A DNA stretch of 64,000 bases from Candidatus Multivoradales bacterium. Its GTDB lineage: Bacteria; Acidobacteriota; Thermoanaerobaculia; Multivoradales; Multivoraceae. A program made the translations under genes and the position numbers. This document shows, in pieces, positions 30,204 through 38,600 of this stretch. The stretch lies in NCBI GenBank assembly GCA_965223325.1, contig CBDCWI010000002.1, forward strand, positions 3,968,001-4,032,000. Reading direction: 5' to 3'. The notes below the pieces were generated by a model, which made no database searches, had not been told where the DNA came from, and worked only from the letters and a program-made list of their open reading frames with translations. Every line of letters starts with the position of its first letter. The stretch's first letter is position 1.

Positions 30204-31147
30204 CGTTTGGTGAGCGCTTGCTGGTCAGTCCAGAGCTCTTTCCGGCCCGTGCGGCCGGGGAGCGCTGGGGAACTGAAGCGCTCTGGATCGACTTTGCGGG
30301 TGGCCCCTACTGCTTTCTGGGCCTGGCAGCGGATCAGTGCTCGGTGTTGCGCGAGCACTTCGGGGAGTTGGTCATTGGCGGCGCGCCTCCCGGGCAGGTC
30401 GATCATCTGCACGTCGATGTCTTTCGTGTCGAAGCAACAGACTGGCGCTCTTTCGACCTGGCGGGCTGGGAGTATGAAATGGATTTCGACTACTCCGAAC
30501 ACAGCGTTCGGCTGGTCGGCCTCGGTTTCATGGGGCGTCTCGAGTGGCGAAGGCCCGATACCCTTCGAGGCGCACTCTTCGTCGCCAGCAGGACCGCCGA
30601 GCCGCTGACCGGGGCCTTCGAGAACTTCTTTCGGGTCCTGGTGGCCTATCGCCTCCTGGCGCTCGGAGGGTTGCTCATCCACTCCGCCGGTGTAGTTCTA
30701 GGCGATGCGGTCCATCTGTTTCTGGGGCGCTCGGGAACTGGCAAGACGACCCTGTCCCGGCTGGCGCTCGACGCTGGGTTGTGCGTTCTCTCTGACGATG
30801 TCAATGCCGTCGTGCCTGACGAGCGGGGTCGTTTCGTGGCCGAGAAGCTCCCCTTCGCCGGCGAGCTCGGCCCCTCGGTCACCAGCAGCGATGCCTATCC
30901 GTTGGCGGGGGTCTGGCAGTTGGCGCAGGGAGAAGCACACGCCGTGCGCTCCGTCTCACCGTCACGAGCAGTGGCCAGCCTGCTGGTCTCGGCGCCGTTC
31001 ATCAACGCTGATCCTCATCGACAAGACCGACTGTTCGAGGTGGCGACCGCGATCGCTCACCAGGTTCCCAACGGCCACCTCGACTTTGCGCGCCAACCAG
31101 GCGTGTTCGCCCTCCTCAACAGTAAGAACCCGGAGCCTTCCGTATGA
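30200..31147 (+). CDS. HPr kinase-related P-loop kinase (ScmC/PadeK-like)
   Basis: LIHSAGV, GRSGTGKTT Walker A, LSDD, PFAGE. Confidence 0.8.
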   Translation: MTFGERLLVSPELFPARAAGERWGTEALWIDFAGGPYCFLGLAADQCSVLREHFGELVIGGAPPGQVDHLHVDVFRVEATDWRSFDLAGWEYEMDFDYSEHSVRLVGLGFMGRLEWRRPDTLRGALFVASRTAEPLTGAFENFFRVLVAYRLLALGGLLIHSAGVVLGDAVHLFLGRSGTGKTTLSRLALDAGLCVLSDDVNAVVPDERGRFVAEKLPFAGELGPSVTSSDAYPLAGVWQLAQGEAHAVRSVSPSRAVASLLVSAPFINADPHRQDRLFEVATAIAHQVPNGHLDFARQPGVFALLNSKNPEPSV

Positions 31148-31425
31148 CCGAGATCAAGAAACTCCACCGCGCAGGCGACGTGCGCTTTCGCGCCGTCGGT
31201 GGCGAGACCGTGGTCTTGCGGCAGAACGACGCTTTGGTACTGGTCCTCAACGAAGTCGGCGGCCGCGTGCTCGAGCTTGCCGACGGTCGGACCGAAAGTG
31301 AGATCGTCGACGAATTGATTGACGAATTCGAAGTCGAGCGCGCCGAACTCGAGGCCGACGTGAGTGCGTTCGTGACCGAGTTGATTGGAGAGGGCGTTGT
31401 CGTCGCCCAGGAGTCGCTCAGCTAG
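31144..31425 (+). CDS. PqqD-family RiPP recognition element (stand-alone RRE)
   Basis: 93 aa; VRFR.VGGE.VVL, LNEVG..V.EL.DG, I...L..EFEV....L..DV..F...L...G. Confidence 0.9.
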   Translation: MTEIKKLHRAGDVRFRAVGGETVVLRQNDALVLVLNEVGGRVLELADGRTESEIVDELIDEFEVERAELEADVSAFVTELIGEGVVVAQESLS

Positions 31426-32587
31426 CTAGGACTTTGAGTCGGCGGCGCGGGGTCGCGACTTTCTTCGGCCCGCTTCCGAGAGCGTGACCCTCCCTGTCGG
31501 TCGAGGGGGCGATCGGCTCGCCAGACTGAGCAGCCGCTTTGAGCTCGCCGCGCTTCTTCGCCGCGGCGTGAACTTCGAGCGGGTCGCCGGTACGACTTTC
31601 GGCTGCGCCCGGGCAGAACGACATCAGGTTCGCGTTGGGGCCAGACCTTTCGACTCTGACCAGAACTTCGCGGTTGAGATCGCGCAGGTCTCGAACCGGC
31701 TCGGCCTGCCAGATCTCGCGCAATGAGCTCTCCCTCAGGTTGCCTATGGAGCGTCGCCACTGTACACACGGGTAGACGTTGCCGAAGGGATCGATCGCCA
31801 GAGTCGAGGAGCCGGCGCCGCAGAAGCGAGTCCGCGGTGGTGGTTTCTGGGTGGACCTTGCGGGACTCTCCGTTGAGGGGCGTTGGGCCTGCTCTGCCCG
31901 CTCGCGGTCACGTGCAGCAGCGATGCGTTCGGCCTGGATCCGGAAGAGGCGTGCGACCGCCGCATCGGAGGCGCTGATGGCGAGCGGCTCGTCGTCACCA
32001 TCGTCACGAACGGTGACCTCGGGATCGATCTGCAGGGCGACACCGAGTCGATCGGCGATTGCGTACATGCCTTCGATCTGGTCTTCGTTCCAACGCGTGA
32101 GGGTCGAGTTGATCTTGAGACGCATGCCGCGGCCTTTGATCTCCTCGAGATTCTCGAGGAGGCGTTCGAAGCTGCCGGCGACCTGGGTCTGTTGGTCGTG
32201 GGTCGAGGCGCAGTCACCATGAAGGCTGACTTCGATCAGAAACGGGTCGACCTCGGAGTGGAGACGTTCGAGCATCGCGCCGCGCAGAGCATGGCCGTTC
32301 GACTTCACCCGCACCGCGAAGCCGCGCTCCCGGGCGTACGCACCGATCGTGAAAAAGTCCGGGTGAGCCAGTGGCTCCCCTCCCGAGAGAATCAGGTTGA
32401 GCGCCCCCATTTCGGCCAACGCATCGATCGTCTGGAGCCAGTCCGGGGTCTCGAGGGGCTGGCCCACCAACGACAGGTCGTTGTAGCAGAACCAGCAGTC
32501 GAGGTTGCAGCGGTAGGTGAGCTCGAAGAGGGCAGTAAACAGCCGCTCCTCTTCCCACAGGCGGGCGGCGATTTCGCGAAAGGCCAG
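31418..32587 (-). CDS. Radical SAM peptide maturase with Twitch/SPASM-like C-terminus
   Basis: ELTYRCNLDCWFCY, SGGEP, SNG, CGAG..TLAIDPFGNVYPC...IGNL, FCPG. Start placed at CTG 32587 behind an AAGGA RBS. Confidence 0.88.
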   Translation of the reverse strand: MAFREIAARLWEEERLFTALFELTYRCNLDCWFCYNDLSLVGQPLETPDWLQTIDALAEMGALNLILSGGEPLAHPDFFTIGAYARERGFAVRVKSNGHALRGAMLERLHSEVDPFLIEVSLHGDCASTHDQQTQVAGSFERLLENLEEIKGRGMRLKINSTLTRWNEDQIEGMYAIADRLGVALQIDPEVTVRDDGDDEPLAISASDAAVARLFRIQAERIAAARDRERAEQAQRPSTESPARSTQKPPPRTRFCGAGSSTLAIDPFGNVYPCVQWRRSIGNLRESSLREIWQAEPVRDLRDLNREVLVRVERSGPNANLMSFCPGAAESRTGDPLEVHAAAKKRGELKAAAQSGEPIAPSTDREGHALGSGPKKVATPRRRLKVLAS

Positions 32588-32652
32588 GGTGGAAGTCCTT
32601 CGGGAGTGGGGAGGGCGGGGAACCGCTTGGAGGGGTCGACGACCCTTAGGAC

Positions 32653-32823
32653 CTAGGAAGAAATCGGGCCGCCAGGGCAGCTGCCGTAGTCGGCTTTGCC
32701 GGGGCCTGAGCACACCGCGGCGACGACTTCGAGCGCCTCGCGCGACAGGATTACCGGGCGCTGGTAGCGTCGCCGGTCCTGCTTGGGGTCCTTCGCTTTG
32801 GGCTTTGGAACGGGCTTCTTCAT
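32653..32823 (-). CDS. Putative RiPP precursor peptide, 56 aa (absent from the ORF track)
   Basis: Hand translation: MKKPVPKPKAKDPKQDRRRYQRPVILSREALEVVAAVCSGPGKADYGSCPGGPISS*. GGAAG RBS 7 nt upstream; YxxPxI leader motif; directly upstream of the rSAM gene. Confidence 0.85.
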   Translation of the reverse strand: MKKPVPKPKAKDPKQDRRRYQRPVILSREALEVVAAVCSGPGKADYGSCPGGPISS

Positions 32824-32871
32824 GAGGTGACTTCCATCTACGCGGGAGGCGAGACCCTCCCGAGCCCAAAA

Positions 32872-32900
32872 ATCGTATCAAAACTATTATTTCTACTCAA
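32872..32900 (-). promoter_or_regulatory. sigma70-like promoter of the precursor-rSAM unit
   Basis: TTGAGT (32900-32895)-17 nt-TACGAT (32877-32872); 5'UTR hairpin CGGGAGG/CCTCCCG at 32843-32862. Confidence 0.65.
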
Positions 32901-32905
32901 GCTGG

Positions 32906-34330
32906 TCAGGTGCCCGGGCTGGTCAGGATGATCTTGATCGTTCGCAGCAGGATGGAGAGGTCCAACCAGAGGCTCCAGTTGGCCAGGTAGGCGAGGTCGT
33001 AGCGCAGTTTGTTACGGGCGCTCGAGTGGTAGTTGCCATTGACCTGCGCTAGGCCGGTCAGCCCTGGGGGCATCGCGAAGCGCTCGATGTAGCCGGGAAT
33101 CTCGTCGATGAACTGAGCGACGAAGCTCGGGCGCTCGGGCCGTGGACCCACCAGGCTCATCTCTCCCCGCAACACGTTGAGGAGCTGCGGGACCTCATCA
33201 AAGCGGCTGCGGCGCAGGAAGCGGCCCACCGGAGTGATACGGGGGTCTTCGGGACTGGCGAGGACGGCGCCGGTGCTGGATTCGGCGTCCACCACCATGG
33301 TGCGCAGCTTGAGCAACTCGAAGGGCTGTCGATCACGGCCGAGCCGCTTCTGGCGAAAAATCACCGGGCCTGGCGAGCTCCAACGCACTGCGATCGCCGC
33401 GACGATCATGAAGGGAATCGACAGGAAGAGCGCCAACGAAGCAACCACGACGTCGAAGGCACGTTTGAAGGGAAGGCTTGCGCGCCACTCCGAGGCCCGC
33501 ATGACCTCGATCAGCGCCATGTCGTGGACCGAGCGGAAGCGAGTGCGACCGATCAGGCTCTCGAAGGGACTGGGCAGGAGCAAGACGGTGCCTCGCTGAC
33601 TGGGCTGGCGCGCCATGCGGTCGATCAGACGCGTTTGCCAGTCGTCGGGTGAGGCGGCCATCACGATCATGTCGATGGTTCCGTCGTCGATGAGATCTGG
33701 CAGGTCCGCCACGCTGCCCAGGTGTGGTCCGAGCGTTTCCCTGGGGTGCCAGGTATCCCTTTCCCCGCCACGCGCGCGACGGCCTTCCTCGGGAATCGCC
33801 ACGTGCCCTCCGATGCGGAGTCCATGCCAGTGGTACCTCTCGATGTGCAGTGCCAGCTCCCGCGCCGCGTCGGAGGTGCCGATGATGGCGACCTTGCGCC
33901 ACTCGGTGGGTTGCAACTGCATGAGCAGCAGGCGAAACAGAAACAGCACGACCAGGTGAATAGGCCAGAACAGCACCAGCACCGATCGTGGAAAGGTGAG
34001 CTGAGACAAGAAGTAGAAGGCCATCAAGAGAAGCGTCTGAATGCTGACGACTGCCAACAGGCGGTTGAGAACCTCGAGGCGAGGTCTCGGGCGTCCGCCG
34101 TCGTAGAAACCAAACAACCACAGGAGCAGGTTCTGCGTGATCACGACCAGCAGCGAGGCGGTGCCGAAGAAGATCAGTCGCTCCTGCGGCAACAGCGCCT
34201 GAGTCAGTGGAATGGGCAGCGTAATGCGGACCAGAAACGCCAGGTAGAGCGACAAGAGCCCCACTGCAACATCGCCCGAGGCGCGCACGAGGCGAAAAAG
34301 CAGCCGAAGTTGGTTTGTTGCGGAATCCAT
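32906..34330 (-). CDS. Polyprenyl glycosylphosphotransferase (WcaJ/WbaP-like priming transferase)
   Basis: Four N-terminal TM helices, KRAFD, KLRTM, DPRITPVG.FLR..RFDEVPQL.NV..GEMSLVGPRPER, PGLTGLAQV, WSLWLD. Confidence 0.92.
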   Translation of the reverse strand: MDSATNQLRLLFRLVRASGDVAVGLLSLYLAFLVRITLPIPLTQALLPQERLIFFGTASLLVVITQNLLLWLFGFYDGGRPRPRLEVLNRLLAVVSIQTLLLMAFYFLSQLTFPRSVLVLFWPIHLVVLFLFRLLLMQLQPTEWRKVAIIGTSDAARELALHIERYHWHGLRIGGHVAIPEEGRRARGGERDTWHPRETLGPHLGSVADLPDLIDDGTIDMIVMAASPDDWQTRLIDRMARQPSQRGTVLLLPSPFESLIGRTRFRSVHDMALIEVMRASEWRASLPFKRAFDVVVASLALFLSIPFMIVAAIAVRWSSPGPVIFRQKRLGRDRQPFELLKLRTMVVDAESSTGAVLASPEDPRITPVGRFLRRSRFDEVPQLLNVLRGEMSLVGPRPERPSFVAQFIDEIPGYIERFAMPPGLTGLAQVNGNYHSSARNKLRYDLAYLANWSLWLDLSILLRTIKIILTSPGT

Positions 34331-34667
34331 ACGTGGGGTCTCTAGTGACAGCGCTATTGAAACGGGGCGCGAAACGAACCCGAGAGGCGAACCCGAGAAG
34401 CCCTGGGGCCGAACCTGAAGTGGCCTCCCCAGGGTCCCGCCAAGACCGTAGAATCCCTTTCATCGAGCGGCGACCAGCTCTAGCGACGCCGGATCCATGG
34501 CTGGCGTCGTTTCAGCTTAACCGCTCTGTTCGCGGAGCTTTAGCTTTTCCCAACGATTCCCTCGCTCTACCCTGGGGGTTGCCGAACCCTTTCCACGCCG
34601 ACCTAGCTTTGACCAGGGTCTAAGGCCATCTGACCATCTCGACCACCCTCCGTCTCGAGGTTTCCCG

Positions 34668-35621
34668 ATGAAAGTGATCGAACATCTGGCGCGCTCCGAG
34701 CGCCCCCTGATCAGTTTCGAGATCATTCCGCCGTTGCGAGGTGGCAACCTGAGCGGTCTGCTCGGCCTCATCGAGGATCTGGCGAAGTTCGAACCGCCCT
34801 TCATCGACATCACCAGCCACGCCGCCGAGGCGTTCTTCGAGGAGACCAAAGAGGGTGAGTTTCGTCGCCGGGTCAAGCGCAAGCGCCCCGGCACGCTCGG
34901 AATCTGCGCTCTGATCCAGAACAAGTATGGGATCGATGCCGTTCCTCATCTGCTCTGTCACGGGTTTTCGCGCGAAGAGACCGAAGACATGCTCATCGAG
35001 CTTACCTATCTGGGAATCGACAACGTGCTGGCGGTGCGCGGCGACTATCCGGGCTACGCCAAGCCGCTGGCCAACCACCGCACCGCCAACAGCTACGCGG
35101 TCGATCTGGTCAGCCAGATCGCCGATATGAATCGCGGAGTGTACCTGGAAGAGGGGCTCCTGGATGCCGAGCCAACGGACTTCTGCATTGGGGTCGGCGG
35201 CTATCCAGAGAAGCACTTCGAGGCTCCCAATCTGACGACCGACATCGAATACACCAAAGCGAAGGTCGAGGCTGGAGCCGACTACATCGTGACCCAGATG
35301 TTTTTCGACAACCAGCAGTACTTCGACTACGTCAAAGCCTGCCGCGCGGCTGGTATCGAAGTCCCCATCATCCCGGGCCTCAAGATCGTCACCAGTCGCA
35401 AACACCTGCAGACCCTGCCGTCGAACTTCTACGTCGACTTGCCGGACGATCTCGTGGGCGAGATCGGCGATGCGCCCAGCAAGCACGTGCGGGAGATCGG
35501 CGTGCGTTGGGCACTCGACCAGAGCCGAGAGTTGCTCGACTGGGGAGTGCCATCGGTGCACTTCTACGTCATGCAGAGCTCGGCGGCGATCAAGCCGCTC
35601 CTCGACCAATTGGATATTTGA
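34668..35621 (+). CDS. metF: 5,10-methylenetetrahydrofolate reductase
   Basis: SFEIIPP, RPGT, VPHLLC, LAVRGD, GGYPEKH, TQMFFD, HFY. Confidence 0.93.
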   Translation: MKVIEHLARSERPLISFEIIPPLRGGNLSGLLGLIEDLAKFEPPFIDITSHAAEAFFEETKEGEFRRRVKRKRPGTLGICALIQNKYGIDAVPHLLCHGFSREETEDMLIELTYLGIDNVLAVRGDYPGYAKPLANHRTANSYAVDLVSQIADMNRGVYLEEGLLDAEPTDFCIGVGGYPEKHFEAPNLTTDIEYTKAKVEAGADYIVTQMFFDNQQYFDYVKACRAAGIEVPIIPGLKIVTSRKHLQTLPSNFYVDLPDDLVGEIGDAPSKHVREIGVRWALDQSRELLDWGVPSVHFYVMQSSAAIKPLLDQLDI

Positions 35622-35655
35622 GGCCCCTTAGCCTCAGCCGAGAAAAACGCCAGTC

Positions 35656-38600
35656 ATGAACCCAATCTCTCTGGAAGCCTTGAGGGCAGTCAAAGCGCCC
35701 GCCTCGCCGCGTCCCGAGGACGCTGATGCGCGCCGTCGAGCACTTTTCGAGGCGCTCGAGGAGCGCATTCTGGTTCTCGATGGGGCGACTGGTACGGCGA
35801 TGCAAGGCCAGGACCTCGGACCGGAAGACTTCGGTGGCGAAGAGCTCGAGGGGTGCAACGAGATCCTCTGCGTTACGCGCCCTGATGTGGTTCTCGACGT
35901 GCATCGTCACTATCTTGCAGCGGGCGCCGACATCGTCGAAACCAACACCTTCGGCGCCACACCCCTCGTGCTCGCCGAGTACGACCTGGCCGAACGTGCC
36001 TTCGAGCTGAACAAGCTGGCTGCCCAACTCGCGCGCTCGGCATGTACCGAGTTCGACGACGAAAAAGCGCGGTTCGTCTGCGGGTCGATGGGGCCGACGA
36101 CGAAGGCCATCTCGGTCACCGGCGGCGTCACCTTCGAAGAGCTCATCGAGCACTATCGCATCGAAGCGCTCGGGCTGATGGCAGGCGGCGTCGACTACCT
36201 GCTACTCGAAACCTGCCAGGACACCCGCAACGTCAAGGCTGGGCTCCTCGGAATCGATGGTGCCGTCCGGGAGCTTGGCTTCGAAGTACCGGTGGCGGTT
36301 TCGGTGACCATCGAAACCATGGGCACGATGCTGGGCGGTCAAGACGCTGAGGCGCTGGCCGTTTCTCTGATGCACCGCGAGCTACTCTACGTCGGCCTCA
36401 ACTGTGCCACCGGCCCCGAGCTCATGGCAGATCATCTGCGAACGCTTTCCGAGCTCGTGCGTACCCGAGTCGCCTGCGTTCCCAATGCCGGCCTTCCCGA
36501 CGAGGATGGCGAGTACAACGAGGGCCCCGAGGCGTTTCGGGAGGTTTTCGGTCGCTTCCTCGACGCGGGTTGGCTCAACCTCGTCGGCGGCTGTTGTGGC
36601 ACCACCGCCGCTCACGTCGCCGAACTGGTTGCGCTGAGCGCCGGCCGCACGCCACGGGTGGTACCGGCTCATCGCCGCGCTCTAGTCTCGGGGCTCGAAG
36701 CGGTGGAGCTCACCGAAGACAACCGTCCGCTCCTGGTTGGTGAACGCACTAACGTCCTCGGGAGCCGCAAGTTCAAGCGACTGATCGCGGAAGAGAGCTT
36801 CGAGGCCGCTGCCGAAGTCGGGCGCGCACAGGTTCGAGGCGGTGCGCAGGTAATCGACGTCTGCCTGCAAGACACGGAGCGCGACGAGCTCGCAGACATG
36901 GAAGCCTTCCTCGACCGCCTGGTGCGCCTGGTCAAGGTTCCGCTGATGATCGACTCGACCGATCACGAGGTGATGCATCGGGCCCTGACCTGGTGTCAGG
37001 GCAAAGCGATCCTCAACTCGATCAACCTCGAAGACGGCATCGAACGTTTCGAACACGTCGTCCCATTGGCAAAGCGATTCGGCGCCGCCCTCGTGGTTGG
37101 TTTGATCGACGAGCAGGGGATGGCGGTGAGCGTGGAGCGCAAGCTCGAAGTCGCGCAGCGGAGCTACGAGCTTCTCACCGGCGACTACGGTGTCCTGCCT
37201 GAAGACATCTGGTGGGATCCACTGGTGTTTCCCTGCGGTACTGGCGACGAGAACTACGTTGGCTCGGCGAAGGCAACCATTGATGGTGTGGCTGCGGTGC
37301 GTGGCGCCTTTCCGGGGACTCGCACCATCCTCGGCATCTCGAATGTCAGCTTCGGCCTTCCCAACGCCGGCCGCGAAGTTCTCAACTCGGCGTTTCTCTT
37401 CGCCTGCACACGCGCCGGGCTCGACGCGGCCATCGTCAACACCGAGAAGCTCGCGCGCTATGCCGACATCCCAGCCGAGGAGCGGATGCTTGCCGAGCGC
37501 CTGCTCAGCCTCGAGGTTGGTGATGTTGCAGCTTCGGAGACCGCAGTCGAAGAATTCACAGCGCACTTTCGTGGTCGCAAGTCGACCGTCGGCGCCGTCG
37601 AGCGTGCCGACCTTCCGTTGGGCGAGCGGCTCGCGCGTAACATCGTCGAAGGCACCAAAGAAGGGCTTGCCGAGGATCTCGACGCAGCACTGGCGGATCC
37701 AGCCTGGCCGCAGCCTCTTGACATCATCAATGGACCATTGATGACCGGTATGGCGGAAGTCGGTCGCCTCTTCAACGACAACGAGCTGATCGTTGCCGAG
37801 GTTTTGCAGAGCGCCGAGGTCATGAAGGCGGCGGTGTCACAGCTCGAACCGCACATGGAGTCGTCGGGGGCGTCGGCCAGCCGCGGCAAGGTGGTCTTGG
37901 CGACGGTGAAAGGTGACGTTCACGACATCGGCAAGAATCTGGTCGACATCATCCTGAGCAACAACGGCTTCGAGGTCGTCAATCTCGGAATCAAGGTGCC
38001 GAGTGAGCAGTTGATTCAAGCGGTGCGTGAGCACCAGCCGGACGTTCTCGGTCTTTCGGGTCTTCTGGTCAAGAGCGCGCAGCAGATGGTGCTGTCGGCC
38101 GGCGATATGCAAGCCGTAGGTGTCGACCCCGATTTGATTGTCGGTGGCGCAGCACTGACCCGTCGGTTCACGCACAAGAAGATCGCGCCGGCCTACGGTG
38201 GGTTCTGCACCTACGCCAAGGATGCGATGCATGGCCTCGACCTCGTCGAACAGCTCTGCGACGCGAGCCGTCGCGCACAGCTCATCGAGCAGGTTGCCGA
38301 GGTACAAAGGGCCGACCAGGAGGCACCGGAGAACGCGTCCCGCAAGGCACGTGTGGTTTCAGAAACCCGGTCGGCCGACGTGCGTCTCGACCTTGTGCCA
38401 CCCCGGCCGCCCGACCTCGAGCGCCATCGCGAAACCCTGGTCCTCGACGAGGTCTGGGAGCAGCTCAACCCGCAGATGCTCTTTGGCAAGCACCTGGGTT
38501 TCAAGGGGTCGGTCGCCAAGGCACAGGCCAATGGCGACGCGAAGTTGGCGAAGCTCGAGGAGATCGTCGGTGAGCTGAAACAACTAGCGCGCGACGGTGC

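Noticed and set aside
31144-32587. PQQ biosynthesis (pqqD/pqqE)
   Set aside because: No pqqB/pqqC is present and the peptide lacks the ExxxY PqqA core.
32653-32823. Classical lasso peptide assignment of the precursor
   Set aside because: There is no Thr at -2 and no transglutaminase-like B2 gene in the window, and the adjacent enzyme is a radical SAM. Kept only as a minor alternative.
32588-32881. 98-aa N-terminal extension of the radical SAM ORF in the track
   Set aside because: It is Arg/Pro-rich non-domain sequence that starts inside the promoter and overlaps the precursor gene in another frame.
34540-34630. c-di-GMP-I or SAM riboswitch call from the fragments GGGTCTAAGG and CGGCAACC/GCTAAAG
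   Set aside because: The remaining consensus elements and orientation do not fit, so no named RNA is called.
34620-35609. Long antisense or alternate-frame ORFs (e.g. 34620-35609, 51477-53048, 8605-9720, 55252-56532, 33333-34463)
   Set aside because: They overlap well-supported genes and have no motifs; such shadows are expected in high-GC DNA.
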